The notes below the pieces were generated by a model. That model worked only from the letters and a program-made list of their open reading frames with translations. It did no database searches and was not told the DNA's origin. A stretch of DNA of 63,303 nucleotides, counting the filler, from Chiloscyllium plagiosum (lineage: Eukaryota): the NCBI RefSeq assembly GCF_004010195.1. It is 6 parts of 2 records of this genome, joined end to end, with 100 filler letters (N's around TTAATTAATTAA, not from the genome) between each part and the next. Parts side by side here need not be neighbours in the genome. Positions count along the whole stretch, not along the records: positions 26,710 to 37,888 come from NC_057713.1; positions 37,989 to 57,996 come from NC_057713.1; 4 more parts are not named here. One strand, 5' to 3'. Below are positions 37,555 to 50,849 of the stretch, piece after piece. Each line of letters starts with the position of its first letter. Within the stretch, counting starts at the first letter, position 1. The translations under genes were made by a program, and so were the position numbers.

Positions 37555-37888
37555 TTGTTTGATAAGGGATAGCATTACAGCTGTGCTGAGGGAGGATATT
37601 CCCGGAAATACATCCAGGGAAGTTACTTGGGTGGAACTGAGAAATAAGAAAGGGATGATCACCTTATTGGGATTGTATTATAGACCCCCCAATAGTCAGA
37701 GGGAAATTGAGAAACAAACTTCTAAGGAGATCTCAGCTATCTGTAAGAATAATAGGGTAGTTATGGTAGGGAATTTTATCTTTCCAAACATCGACTGGGA
37801 CTGCCATAGTGTTAAAGGTTTAGATGGAGAGGAATTTCTAAGTGTGTACCAAACAATTTTCTGATTCAGTATGTGGATGTACCTACGA
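37555..37888 (+). mobile_element. CR1 ORF2 APE fragment
   Basis: WVELRNKKG, YYRPPNS, MVGNFIFPNIDW. Confidence 0.8.
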
Positions 37889-37988
37889 NNNNNNNNNNNN
37901 NNNNNNNNNNNNNNNNNNNNNNNNNNNNNNNNTTAATTAATTAANNNNNNNNNNNNNNNNNNNNNNNNNNNNNNNNNNNNNNNNNNNN

Positions 37989-38302
37989 GAGGTGATGAGG
38001 TTATGGATGGTCTGGGAGATGATGGTTTGGTGGTGGGGGGTGGGGTCATGGTCAAGGGGGCAGTAGGAGGAGGTATCTGCGAGCTGGCGTTTGGCCTCAG
38101 CGGTGTAGAGGTCGGTGCGCCAAACTACTACCGCGCCTCCCTTGTCTGCTGGTTTGATAGTGAGGTTGGGGTTGCAACGGAGTGAGTGGAGGGCTGCGCG
38201 TTCCGAAGGTGAGAGGTTGGAGTGGGTGAGAGGGGTGGGGGAGTTCAGGTGGCGGTTAATATCGCGGCGGCAGTTGGATATGAACAGGTCGAGGGCAGGT
38301 AG
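37989..38302 (-). mobile_element. PLE reverse-transcriptase fragment
   Basis: Reverse complement reads ERAALHSLRCNPNLTIKPADKGGAVVVWRTDLY. Confidence 0.88.
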
Positions 38303-38329
38303 GTTTTCCTACAGATAAGTTATTCTAAA

Positions 38330-38518
38330 TTCCACTTACGTTTGTTCATGTTTCAACTGCAGAGTTTAAATAAATTCTGTTTTGCTTAAAATCAAATGGC
38401 TTGACCAGTTGCATCACACCTGGAAAGCCCACTTCACATCTGCCTTTAAAATAAGAAAAAGTTATGGTCTAGGCTAACTTCTTAAAATATTCTGAGGGGG
38501 TCTGGCCTGGTCCATAAA
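38330..38518 (+). mobile_element. Possible LTR 3' fragment
   Basis: AATAAA followed by an ending GGGGGTCTGGCCTGGTCCATAA, resembling LTR ends. Recognition only. Confidence 0.35.
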
Positions 38519-38521
38519 ACC

Positions 38522-38787
38522 TGCCCCCACACTGTTTTCAGCATATAAACCCATCTTTTCCTCGCTATGATCAGTTCTGAAGAAGGGTCACTGGACCTGA
38601 AACATTAACTCTGCTTTCTCTTCACAGATGCTGGGAGAAAGTGAGGACTGCAGATGCTGGAGACCAGATTCAAGAAGTGTGGCGCTGGAAAAGCACAGCA
38701 AATCAGGCAGCATCCGAGGAGCAGGAGAATCGATGTTTTGGGCATAATCCCTTCATCAAGAACATTCCTGATGGAGGGCCAATGCCC
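38522..38787. mobile_element. Adjacent PLE termini: an old family with an HHR (38577-38607) and a younger palindromic copy (38636-38787)
   Basis: AGTT-CTGAAGA-A-GGGTC-ACTG-GACCT-GAAACATT-AACT, then an inverted GGGCATAATCCCTTCATCA / CTGATGGAGGGCCAATGCCC pair. Confidence 0.72.
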
Positions 38788-39169
38788 TCCATTTTATTAG
38801 ACTGCCTACAGTGTGGAGACAGGCCATTTAGCCCAACAAGTCCACACTGACCCTCTGAAGAGTAACCCAACTCGATCCATTCCCCTTACGTTTACCCCGG
38901 CAAATGCACCAAACACTATGGGCAACACTATGTTATCTTCTGTTGATTTGAATCTGACAAAGAAAAATGAAGATAAGATTGAAGGGGGATGGGGAAGAAA
39001 ATGGAGGGGAGATGTTTATTAAATAGACACACGAGCCATAAATTTACATTTTAAGAAAATCTATACCTTAAAATTGAAAGCTATGTAACTGATGCCGATC
39101 AATAAGAAAGACTTCATTTTCACAACGGTTTCATTTCACACACAATAATACAGTTTGCACAAAATATAT

Positions 39170-39265
39170 TTACTGACAGTGATTATAATCGAAAAGTACT
39201 TCATTGGCTACAAAGTGTTTTGGAGTATGGTGAGGTCATGAAAGGTTCTATATAAATGCAAGTTG
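39170..39265 (+). mobile_element. Deu-type (SacSINE1/AmnSINE1-like) SINE 3' tail; related remnants at ~44810-44930 (+) and ~56590-56745 (-)
   Basis: AAAAGTACTTCATTGGCT...GAGGTCATGAAAGGTTCTATATAAATGCAAGT matches the recalled Deu-SINE tail. Confidence 0.55.
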
Positions 39266-39356
39266 AATATTTCTGAAAGAGTAATTACAGAATTTAAAGC
39301 ATTATTGCTTAATAAACTCACAAATAAGTGATCTACAAGCACAAATAATGTCTTAC

Positions 39357-39477
39357 CCGTAATTGAACAGTAAACTATGTGTGGAGCAACGTCCTGAATG
39401 TGCCTATATCCCAGTCCCATTTCTGCCAGTTTTCCAGGAACATAATTTTCAATCAGCACATCACAAACCGATGCCAA
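39357..39477 (-). CDS. SUGCT: SUGCT coding exon (probable exon 6), 121 nt, [40 protein letters not shown](G)
   Basis: cgacag|TTGGCATCG...ATTACGG|gtaaga. Lies inside ORF-track ORF 39208..39543. Has DVxxENxxPG...LGY...YCSITG motifs. Confidence 0.96.
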
Positions 39478-40635
39478 CTGTCGGGGACAAATCAAAGGCA
39501 TGTTTTGTAATTTGTTACAGATTTTATCTATTAGAAACCACACACTTTATATTGGAACAATGATGGAGAAAAACACATTTGGAACAAATACTAAATGAAC
39601 TGCATGTCATCGGTGAGCCTTTAACCTCAAAACCACTGATCTGTGTTAATAGTAAAAAGCTGGATCTGAGCTCCAACAATCTTCATAGTTCCTTCCCTTT
39701 CTTTTAGGGGTTGCATTTCCGCTGATTAATAAAAAAAAACCGCTATGAGTAGGTTAGTCAGTTTTATAAATAATAGTGGATACAGAATGTCAGATAGAGA
39801 ACAAAGCTGGGTAATTTAGAACTCTCAACTTTGAATTATCGGGGTAAACTCTGATTTAATACCAAATGTTACAAGTTACCCAGCTTTGTTTCCTGCTGCT
39901 TACTTTGAATTATTGGATCATCAAATGCAGCTTGCACTGAAATAACAACTTTTTTAAACAAGGTTAGCTCAAATTAGTGAAGAACTCAAAACCTTCCTGC
40001 ACAAAGAAAAATTGAGCATCATGAGTAGACTTTTACTGTACATTAAATTCATCCAATACCTGGGTAAATTTATCTCCAAAGTCTTTCCTCATTGTAACTA
40101 TTCCTATAATAGATGGTGAAAACAATGATGAGGCTGTTTTAGAATGTGCTGGAAGAGGCTGGAACATCTGCAGTTAAACTAGCATTAATAAATTACACAA
40201 AAAGAAAATCACAATTTGGAAATAGAATAAGTCCACAGATCTTTTCATCAGCAAAATGCTATCACAATTTGTACAGATTCAAAGCACTGGTGTCCATCAG
40301 ATATTGCTGATTAGCCACAGATTCGACTACAGTGATAATGTTTAAGCCATATCAATATTAGGAATAAACACCTTTTAAAATATGCTCTTCCCAGGTTTAT
40401 GTAATAAACACCTACTACCATTCACTACAAAGCACTACTGTTATTCTCATTCATCCATTTTGGAATTCTGACAGAAGTATACCAAACACAGCACATCTGG
40501 GTAAAACTCACATTGGGAAAAATGGTGGTGTAGTGATGATGTCACTGGATTAGTATTCCAAATGCTCAAGCTAATGCTCTGGGAACATGGGGTTCAAATG
40601 CCACTTTAAACTAATTGGATGATTGAAGCTTCAAC

Positions 40636-41231
40636 TCTATATTGGGGAGACAGGCCGCCTACTTGCGGAGCGATTCAGAGAGCACCTCTGGGCCACCCGG
40701 ACAAACCAACCCAACCAACCTGTAGCACAGCATTTCAACTCCCCCTCCCACTCCACCGAGGATATGCAGGTCATTGGACTCATCCACCGCCAAACCACAA
40801 CAACCCGACGGTCGGAGGAGGAGCGTCTTATCTTCCGACTGGGAACCCTCCAACCGCAGGGGATGAACTTGGACTTCACCAGTTTCTTCATCCCCCCTCC
40901 CCCCACCTTGTCTCAGCCGGATCCCTCCAGCCCGGCACCGCCTTCCTGACCTGCAGTCTTCTTCTTGACCTCTCCGCCTCCATCCTACTCCGACCTATCA
41001 CCCTCACCTTGACCTCTTTCCACCTATCACATTTCCAATGCCCCTCCTCCAAGTCCCTCCTCCCTACCTTTTATCTTCTCCTGCTGAACACTCTCTGCTC
41101 ATTCCTGAAGAAGGGCCTGTGCCCGAAACGTCGAATCTCCTGTTCCCTGGATGCTGCCTGACCTGCTGTGCTGTTCCAGCAATAAAGTTTCAACTTTGAT
41201 CTCCAGCATCTGCAGACCTCACTTTCTCCTC
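40636..41231 (+). mobile_element. 5'-truncated PLE (GIY-YIG plus terminus) with TSD
   Basis: LYIGETGRLLAERFREHL...LGTLQPQGMN. 15-bp TSD GATTGAAGCTTCAAC at 40621-40635 and 41232-41246. Confidence 0.92.
41101..41136 (+). ncRNA. Minimal type I hammerhead ribozyme motif
   Basis: ATTC-CTGAAGA-A-GGGC-CTGT-GCCC-GAAAC-GTC-GAAT: intact core, stem II, and a 4-bp stem I (ATTC/GAAT). Confidence 0.8.
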
Positions 41232-41246
41232 GATTGAAGCTTCAAC

Positions 41247-41660
41247 AATACTCAACAAGTTCGACACTCCAGGACACACCAACCCTTTTGATGGCATCAT
41301 ATCCACAGTAATGCTCAGTGTCAACAGTGCATACCTTTCTGCATTGCAGAAATTCACCAAGACTCCTCAGACAACAACTTCTAAACTCACTGCAGTGTAG
41401 GAGGACCAGGACAGTTAGATATGGGAAAACCACCATCTGCAAGTACTCTTCCAAGCCATTTGCCATCCTGACTTAGAAACATACCACCGCTCCTTCAGTA
41501 TCACTGGGTCAAAATCCTGATATGTCTCCCTAACAGAAATGTGGAGCTATTTACAGCGGTTCAAGACAGCAGCTCACCATCATCACCTCAACTGCAACCA
41601 GGCATGGGCAATAGATGCTGGCCCAGCCAGTAATACCTGCATCCTATTAATAAATTAAAA
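41247..41660 (+). mobile_element. CR1/L2-group LINE 3' end
   Basis: Same 3' region as 16960-17415. Confidence 0.7.
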
Positions 41661-43259
41661 ACGGGTAAAATCTCTGAGACCAGTAGGCCCACCTAGCATC
41701 AAGCAATGCATTGGTATGACAACAGCCCAACTGGTGGACATATCTAACAGGTAAGGGCTGTGGAAAGTAGTGATGAAACTAGAGAAACAGTGAAAACCTG
41801 CTTGTGTCACCCTCACCAATCTACCTGTCACAGATCCATTGTTTCATGAAAACACTTAAACCTTCACAGTTCTTGTACAGATGAAGTTCCAGTCTCATGT
41901 GCTGTTTGGCACTACATTATGCTAAACAGGACAGATCTATCAGCAAAAGGTCACACAGCCATGAGGCACTGTGGATCATCAGCAGTAGCAGAATTGTATT
42001 TGACCATGATCTGGTATATCATGGCCTAGCAATTTCTTCTCTTTTCCATTAAAGCAAGCCAGGGACATCTAAAAATGAGGTTCCAACTTGGTGAAAACTG
42101 CTAAACAGGCTACACACATGCTAAATAGTAGAAACAGCATACAATAGGCAGAACTAAATGATCCCACAGCAAACTGATCAGATTAATGATTCCAAACAGC
42201 CAGTCATGATTGATGGTGGAAAATTAAACAACTGGAGGAGAAGGCTCCTGTTGCCAACTGCCTTCACCTCCTTCACCAATGGCCTTCCCTGTATCACCAG
42301 GTCAGAAACAGGGATGTTCAGTATTTTTGTGACTTCTCAGTTATTGAATCATAGCCACATACAGCATGTCCAAGACAAATTCAGGATTAGGCTGACAAGT
42401 AGCAAGTTACAAAGCACATCTCCAACAAGAAGAAAACTAACCATTCTCCTTGAAATACTACAGCATCACCATTCCTGAAACCCCACTATCAATACCTTGA
42501 AGGTTACCATTGATGAGAAAAACAAGTGTAGTTACAAAAACAGGTCAAAGACTGGAAATTATATGGAGAATAATACACCACCTGACTCCATGCAATTTTT
42601 GCATCTAACAGTGGCAACATGTGGCACATTTGCAGCTTTTCACAATAACGTAAATAATGATCTGAGTTGGATATCCACATTCTCATAACAGTCTATTTCA
42701 ACATCAAAAGCTGCCACTTTTGAGTCTGTGAAGTGCTCAATCTACTTCAAATTACTTTAAAAAGGTAAAGTACCCCAAAAATTTGAACAGCATATTAAGT
42801 AATCAATTTCCAGCTATTGTGCAGTTGTGTGTGTGGAATATTCCACAAAGGGTATGCTGCCAACAGTCCAAAATGGTATTCTGCCTACCACATCACTAAG
42901 CAACATTGTGCATCAATATCAGTACTGATACAATGACAGGCATGTAGGCCATGTGTCTAAACCATTGGCTAATAGAATCAAACATTATATTCCTTCAGGA
43001 GTTCATAATGGACAGTCTGAAGTCAAACAAGCCATGCTTGCAAAATTCAAATACAAAACCTCTGTCAGATGTGGTTCTGGATTGGGCAGCACTTGCTGAA
43101 CAATACCAAGGGTTGAACAGTCCTAAGTGCATTAATAACTCAACTAATAAACAATATTGGATAATCATTCAATTTGTAAACTGGTTCATTTATACCTGCT
43201 AGAAGTGATAAACATTCATATGTAGGGATTTGTTCCCTGCAAACTAAAGGAATATGTTT

Positions 43260-43500
43260 GAGCTTTGCACCATTTTTTAATTACCCTGATCTGAGAAACC
43301 TATGGCTGCTCATTGCTTTCTTTGTAGCAACTCTTCAGCTGATCAGAATCAACTTCCTAACTGGTATGTAATTTTTTTGCCTCCTATACATAGTCACTTG
43401 AAATTTGGCATTCTTGCTTTAATCCTGATGAGTGGCAGATGAAAAGCTTCAACATGTGTCTATATTCAGCAATACAGACATTCTACACTGCCATGCAACT
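43260..43500 (+). mobile_element. Decayed PLE-like terminus (further family) with an HHR-like motif
   Basis: CTGATGA-GTGGCAGAT-GAAAAGCTTC at 43425-43450. Confidence 0.45.
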
Positions 43501-44869
43501 ATTTATTCAGAATGTTTAAATTATACATGATCATAACTCCCCACTTCATAGAACATTGTTGGTGTTAGCATAATGTTAAAACCCACACAATGTTATCACA
43601 CCTCTTTTAGTAGAAACCAAAAATCAAGAAACAAAAGCATGAGCAAAGAACATCTGCACACTGGTTTTTGTTTTTACTTTACCAACAAATCCACTGAAAT
43701 GTTAGTTTGCATTAATATGCCATGTGAATGAGTATCAAAGCAATCTGCCCATTGATCATGTATCTTGCTAATTCTTCTATTTAGTGATCATCAGTGCAAT
43801 CAACGACATCTGGATTCATAAGTCCTCACAGATGGCCAGTGTCTAACATGGCAGAGAAGACTGACCTTTAACACATTACGAATGCCAGTTGTGGAATTGG
43901 AAGGACATAATAGTAAAAAGTGTCACGAGTTTTCACAGTGACACATTCAGGTCTGGAAATAACTGGCACAACATCTAATTTCCCCAAAATGTAACTAATG
44001 CGAATTATACACATTGTCTTCTATGGCTTACCAGTTTCTTTGTAGCATCTCTAAATAAAGATCCCAAAAATTATGCCACACTTTGTTTCCTTTGCAGCTA
44101 GTAATAATGTTTCTATTCCTTTTACACTATTTCAATTCAATAAATTAGTGATTTAATGATTCACATCTTGAGCGAATTTGTATAAATTTAACACAAAAAT
44201 TCATGAAAAAGACCACATGCCACAATAGACTGAATCTAAACTTTAAAAAAATAAAATTAATGTTTCCTTCCATTCCATCTCAAGAAAGAATCACCACAAC
44301 CACAAGCCCCAATATGCATTAAAAAAAAGGTAGGAATGCAGTCACTAGTTAGATTTTGTATGAACCAAATAAGTCAGACTCAAATTAAATACACACTTGA
44401 ATGCATTTTCTTTCTTTTGACATTTTAGCCACAGTTTAAAAAAAAATCCACCCTCATCTTCAAAGCATACACAGGTTGTATGGACTTTCTAAAAAATTCC
44501 ACAGATCCATTATGTGAAAACCTTGTTTTCCTGGGATATACAATGCAGTACAAAGTTATTCTAACCTCTAAATCAAAATGTCACAGTCTAGTTGCGACCA
44601 CTAGAGGGGGGTCTTGAGCACACAATGTCCTAGCATTTGCACATCCAGCAAGTTGACAATGCCGTGGAGCCTCCAGGGCCACAATGGAAACTCAAATCCA
44701 TGCTCAAAATAATTTTAAGCATCTTAAAGTTGTTAAACCTGACTGATTTTGGTGTTCAAGAATCCAGAAAAATATTCAGCCCTTGAGCGGTACCATCAAA
44801 ATAGATAATTGGGTCATTTATCGCATTGCTGTTTTTAGAGCCTTGCTGTCTACAAATGACTGCTATACT

Positions 44870-45690
44870 TCCCTACATGATGGAGAACACTAGTTCAATC
44901 CCAACAGTAATTGGCAATGCAAAGGTTTAGAAAAGGGGGCAGCGAAAATAATTGTCATCACTAGGGAAAATGTTCTGAGAAAACTATTGGGATTGAAGAC
45001 AGACAAGTCCTACATGCGTCTGCATTCCTACTTTTTATTCAAGCGTATTGGAACTTGTGGTTGTGGTGATTCTTTCTTGAGATGGAGTGGACAAAAATAT
45101 TCTTTTTGTTTTAAATTTCTGGATTCAGTCTGTTGTGGCATGTGGACTTTTTATGAATCCTTTTGTTAAATTTGAACAAACTGGATCAACCCAAATCCTT
45201 TTATGGCCTATATTCTAGGATCTTAAAGAAAGTGGCAGCAGAAACAGTGGATCTATTTGTTACAATGTTCCAAAATTATCTGGATACTGGAAAGGTTTCA
45301 GTGGATCATAAAAATGCTGATGCAAACATCCTTATTCAAAAAGGGAATGAGGCAAAGAGTAGGAAAGTATAGATCAGTTAGTTTCACATCTGTCGTTGGG
45401 ACATTGTTAGAATCCAGAATTAAAGAAGTAACACCAGGGCATTCAGAAAAGTCCAACAAAGCCCATCAAAGTCAGCTTGGTTTTACAAACAGTAAATATT
45501 GTCTGACTAAGTTGCTAGAGTTCTTTGAAGATGCAACCAGTTAAGCAGATAATAGGAATCCCGTAGGCATTTTAAACCTGGACTTTGATAAGTGCTGCTC
45601 CAAAGGTTAACACAAGAAAAGATCACATGAGGCTAGGGGTAATATATTTGCATGGATACAGCATCGGTTAACTAACAGAAAGCAGAGAAT
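44870..45690 (+). mobile_element. Decayed CR1 RT fragment
   Basis: RILKKVA, LFKKG, YRSVSFTSVVG, CLTKLLEFFE. Confidence 0.75.
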
Positions 45691-47570
45691 TCCGAACACC
45701 TATAGGACAGCCCGTTCTGATTATCCCTTTTTGGGACAACAGAACGGCCTACCCACCTTCCGGCTCTTGGGGTGACTGGCTTTCGGAGCAACCTACCGAC
45801 CTTCAGGTTCACAGAACAGCGTACCCACCCTCTGGCTCTCAGGGTGACAGCTTTCAGGACGACCTATGAGCCTCCCAGCTAACAGTAAGGCCTACCAGAC
45901 GCAGGGATACACAAGACAGTGTGTAGGTGATAAACCCAACAAGCAACAAGATAGTCAGTTATCAACAGAGTCCCTTCGAGTACAGAATCCATTAACATAA
46001 ACTGTTCCCTTCAAAATGTAGAGTCCATTCCCAGGAACAGAGTCCACTCTGGTATACAAAGTGCATTGTCTGAAATAGAGTCCACTCCAATCTGCAGAGT
46101 CCATTGCCAAAAACAGTCCACAACAGAGGGCAGAGTCCACTCCTGAAGGCAGCAAATGCACACACACCCCATAGCACACAGGTGCTCAATCTCCATAGAG
46201 GCCTGGTTCATCCATAGAGAACAAGGCCAACTCACAGGAACACAGTACATTGTAAAGTACTGTGAACTCACAGGGATTTAGTCCACTCCCGAACTCCAGG
46301 ATGCAGCAAATGCTCACCTCCCAGCACAAGTACAGATGTTCAGTCCTTACAGAGGCCCAGTCTACCAACAAAGGGCCAGGCCTACCCACAGGAACAGCCC
46401 ATCTGGAAAGGTGCATTTTCTCACAGGGGCTCAGCCCAATCACCAAATAAAAGTGAAAACACATACAAAAAAAGAAAGAAAACCAGAGTACAAGGGCTAA
46501 GCCCTGCCACAAAATCAGCGTTGTCCTTTTCCCGAAGTAAAAGAGTAACACAGGCTATAACCAGTCTGTGAAACAACAGTTCCCCAACAAGAACTGAATT
46601 ACACCTGAAACATATTGAGTGTGTGGATCAGGCAGTTTAAAAATCTGTCCTCAATAAAAAGAAATACCAGGCAACAAACTGGCTGTATAATTCAGCCAGT
46701 TCAGGAATCAGATTTCCCCCAAAAAGGCAGAAACCAACAGCAGCAGTAACACACTGACTGTGGCCCAACCAGCACAGAGTCAGTTCCCTAAACTGAGGAG
46801 ATTCTAAATCTCCTAGTTATATTGGTCAGTACTTTTAACAACTCTGTTCTACCTCTACAATACAAAGCATATATTTACCATGCCTCTTCATGGTCACTGT
46901 GTTGTAATATACAGCTTTGCTGCAACAACCTGATTCTTGGAAGAACTTAGTTCAATACTTGAGCAGCTGCTAGTGTCAGTATGATGCATCTGCAAAGCTA
47001 AGAGCTTTTTGGAATGTACATTTTTGGACCTGGTCATCCACAGTGTCAGAGAAAGAATGGTAATCTCCAGATGGTGAAGTAAGATAAAGTAGTAAAATGA
47101 AAGTCCTCCACTTCTACCAACCATGTGCATTTTACTATCCAATCAATATTCATCTAGGCACCATCCAGATTTGGGCTCATAAGAGGCAAATAACATTTGC
47201 ACTACACAAGTGTCAAGGAATGACACTACTTTTGCTACTCTCTCAGCCTGCCCTTCTCCTCCTCTTCTCTCCCTATGCCTCTGTTGCTCAAGCTCCCACC
47301 CCAGTTCACTTTTGCTCCATCTCACTTTTCTACTTCTCTGTCATCCTTTCTATCTTCTGCTTCCTCCCTCCTCTGTTCTCAATGTTTCTCCACCATTATC
47401 AGAATGTCAATATGTAGTGTGAAAGTCAGGACTGAGAAAATTGCTACATGATTCAATCACCATCCTCTTCATCTTGACATACTCATCCAGCAAAATTCAT
47501 GAAAACAATTGCATTCTTTTCTCTAAATCTAAGAAATTATTGTGAGAAAAATTTTTTTGAATGGACTTAC

Positions 47571-47621
47571 ATCCTTTATTACACGGGCACCACAAGGGTT
47601 CTTCAGATTCACTGCTATACT
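47571..47621 (-). CDS. SUGCT: SUGCT coding exon (probable exon 5), 51 nt, SIAVNLKNPCGARVIKD
   Basis: tttttcag|AGTATAGCAGTG...AAGGAT|gtaagt. Continues NRNKK-SIAVNLK; phase 0/0. Confidence 0.93.
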
Positions 47622-47719
47622 CTGAAAAATATAAAGAGCACGTTATTCAAAACAGATTATGTGAAACATAGCCACTGTACTGGTAAATGAATCAATGCCC
47701 ATGTCCCACAAATTATTTT

Positions 47720-50450
47720 TTTAAAATTCATTTGTGGGACATGGGCATTGATGGCTGGTCAGCATATATTGTCTATCCCTACTTGCCCTTAGGATGTGTG
47801 GTGAACTGCCTTCTTGAACCGCTGCATTCATATGCTGCAGGTTGACCCACAATGCCCTTAAGGAGGAAAATTAATGATTTTGACCCAGTGACAATGAAGT
47901 AACAGTGATACATTTCCAAGTCAGGATGGTGAGTGGTTTGGAGGGCAATTTGCATGTGTCGGTACTCTCATGCATCTGCTGCCTTTGTCTTTTAGTTGGA
48001 GGTGATTGTAGGTTTGGAAGCTGCTGATCATTGATGAATTTCTGCAATGCATCTTGTAGACAGTACACTTTATAATACACTGCTGCTACTGAGTGTTGGT
48101 GGTGGATGCTTGTGGATGTGACGCCAATCAAGCGGGTTGCTTTGTCAAGGTTTGAGTTTTGCTGGAGCTGCACCCATCCAGGCTATTGGGGAACATTCCA
48201 TCACGCTCCCGACTTGTGCCTTGTAAATGATGGAGAGACTTTGGAAAGTCAGGAGTTAAGTTACTCACCACAGTATTCCTAGCCTCTGACTTGCTCTTGT
48301 CACCACTGCGTTTCTCTGGCAAAGCCAGATGGGTTTCTCGTCAATGGTAACTCCGACAATGTTGGTCCTGGGGAATTCAGTGATGGTAACACCATTGAAT
48401 GTCAAGGGGCAATGGTTAGATTGTCTCTTAGTGGAGATTATCACAGGCTGGCATTTGTGTGGAGTGAATGTTAATTGCCACTATCAGCCCAAGCTTGGAT
48501 ATTGTCCAGCTCTTGTTGCATTTGAACATGGGACTTCAGTATCTGAGGAGCCATGAATGGTGCTGAAAATTGTGCAACCATCCCCACATTTGACCTTATG
48601 AATCAGAGGTCATTGATGAAGCAGCTAAAGATGGTTGCGCATAGGACACTATGCTGAGGAACTCCTGCAGAGATGATCTGAAGCTGGGATGACGGACCTC
48701 CAACAACCACAACTATCTTCTTATGGGGCAGGTATGACTCCCAACCAGTGGAGTGTTTTCTCCTAATACTTTGCCCCCTGATTCCAGGTTTACCAGGGTT
48801 CTTTGATGATGCCACACCCAGTTGAATGTAGCCGTGATGCCAAGGACTGTCACTCTGACCTCACCTGTGAAACTCAACACTTTTGTCCAGATTTGAACAA
48901 AGACTGTAATGCGGTCAGGAGCTGAGTGGCTCGAGTGAAACCCAAACTGGGCATCACTGAGCAGATGCTGCATTATAGCACTGTTGATGTTATCTTCCAT
49001 TACTTTAGTGATGATGGACAGTAATTTGATGGCCAGGTTGGCTTTGTCCTGCTTTTTGTGTACAAGACACACCCGGGCAATTTTCCACATTGTTGGGTAA
49101 ACGCCAGTGTTGTAACTGTACTGGAAATGATAGGTTTGGGGAGTGGCAAGTTCTGGAGTACAAGTCTTCAGTACTATTTGTCAGGATGTTGTCAGGGCTC
49201 ATAGCCTTTGCACTGGGCAGTGCCTCCAACCAGTTTTTGATGTCTTGTGGAGGTGAATCGAATTGACTGAAGACTGGTACCTGTAATGCTAGGGACGACT
49301 GGAGGATGATGAAAAGGATCATCCACCACTTATGCCTGGCTGAAGATTGCTGCAAATGCTTCAGCCTTTGCTTTCGCACTGATGTGCTGGGATTTTCTAT
49401 CAGTGAGGGTGGGGATATTTGTAAAGCCTCCACCTCCAGTGAATTGTTTAATCATCCACCACGATTCATGACCGAATGTCGCAGGATTGTAGAGCTTACA
49501 TCTAATCCATTAGTTGTGGGATCGCTTAGCTCTGTCCATTACTTGCTGCTTATGCTGTTTGGCATGCAAGTAGTCCTGTTTAGGAGCTTCACCAGGTTGA
49601 CACCTCGTTTTTAAATATGCCTGATGCTTCCCCTGGAACGTCCTTCTGCATTCTCCAATGAATCAGGGTTGATCCCCTGGCTTGATGGTAATGGTTGAGT
49701 GGGGGATATGCCAGGCCATGACGTTGCAGAATGTCCTGCAGTATAATTCTGCTCCTTTCATGGTCCACAGCGGCTCATTGATCCCAGTCTTGAATTGTTA
49801 GATCTATTCCAAATCTGTACCATTAATGCCACAAAACAGGACGGTATTCTCAATATGAAATTAGGACTTCGTCTTCATAAGGATTGTGAGGTGGGCATTC
49901 TTACCAATACTGTTATGGAGAGATGCATATGCAGCCAGCAGGTTGACAAGGATGAGGTCAAGTATGATTTTTCCCTCTCGTTGGTTCCCTCACCACCTAC
50001 TGCAGATCCGGTCTAGCAGTTATATCCTTTAGGACTTGATCTGCCAACCTACTCTTGATGGTGGGCATTGAAATCCACCACCCAGGGTCCATTTTGCACC
50101 TTTGTCACCCTTTGTGCATCCTCCAAGTGTTTTTCAACATGGAATACTACTGACTCATCAGCTATGGGAGAACGGTCCGTGGTAATCAGCAAGAGGCTTC
50201 CTTGCACATGTTTAATCTGAAGCCATGAAACTTCACGGGATGCAAAGTCAATGTTGAGGATTCCCAATGCAACTGCCTCCCAATTGTATATCAATGTGCT
50301 GCTGGTGGGCTAGGACATATCCAGTGATGTAGTGTCTGGGACATTGTCTGCAAGCTATGATTCCATAAGTACGACTATCTCAGGCTGTTGCTTGTCTGGA
50401 CTATGAGACATTTTGGTACTAACCCCCATATGTTAGTCAGAAGGACTAAA
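47720..50450 (-). mobile_element. CR1/L2-group LINE ORF2 (APE-RT) and 3' end, decayed
   Basis: EVSWLQ, VDFNAHHQ, KAMSPDNI, WKIARVCLVHKKQDK, QFGF, ISAGVPQHSVL..FSCFINDL. Confidence 0.85.
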
Positions 50451-50849
50451 TGAGGCAAACATGGCTGTTAATGGGCCTTACAGTTGCCCTACAACATTAC
50501 TAATCTTTGTTGATCAAACGATAAAGCTCACATCAAATGACAACATTCCTTAAATAAAAATTAGCCTACCATTTCCTCTTCCATGCACAAAAAAGGACAT
50601 TAAAAAATAAAATTGAAATTACAGCTCCATCTGACCTTCAGAGCTGAGTTTAGATCAGATAGAGTTAGAGCAGTTCTAATTGAACTCCAAGTTTTTCAAA
50701 TGCAACTTAATTGATTAGCAAGAGATTAGACATTGATGTTACAATCATTTAGCTGCCAACATTTACGAAGGCTTGTTTGCAGTTATTGACTACAAATATT
50801 ACAGAGGTTTAACTGCAAATATAGTCCTAGTACTGGCACAATAACCTGA

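Noticed and set aside
40060..40103. 44-nt minus-strand segment bounded by AG and GT between exons 5 and 6
   Set aside because: It would frameshift SUGCT, has no homology and has a weak pyrimidine tract.
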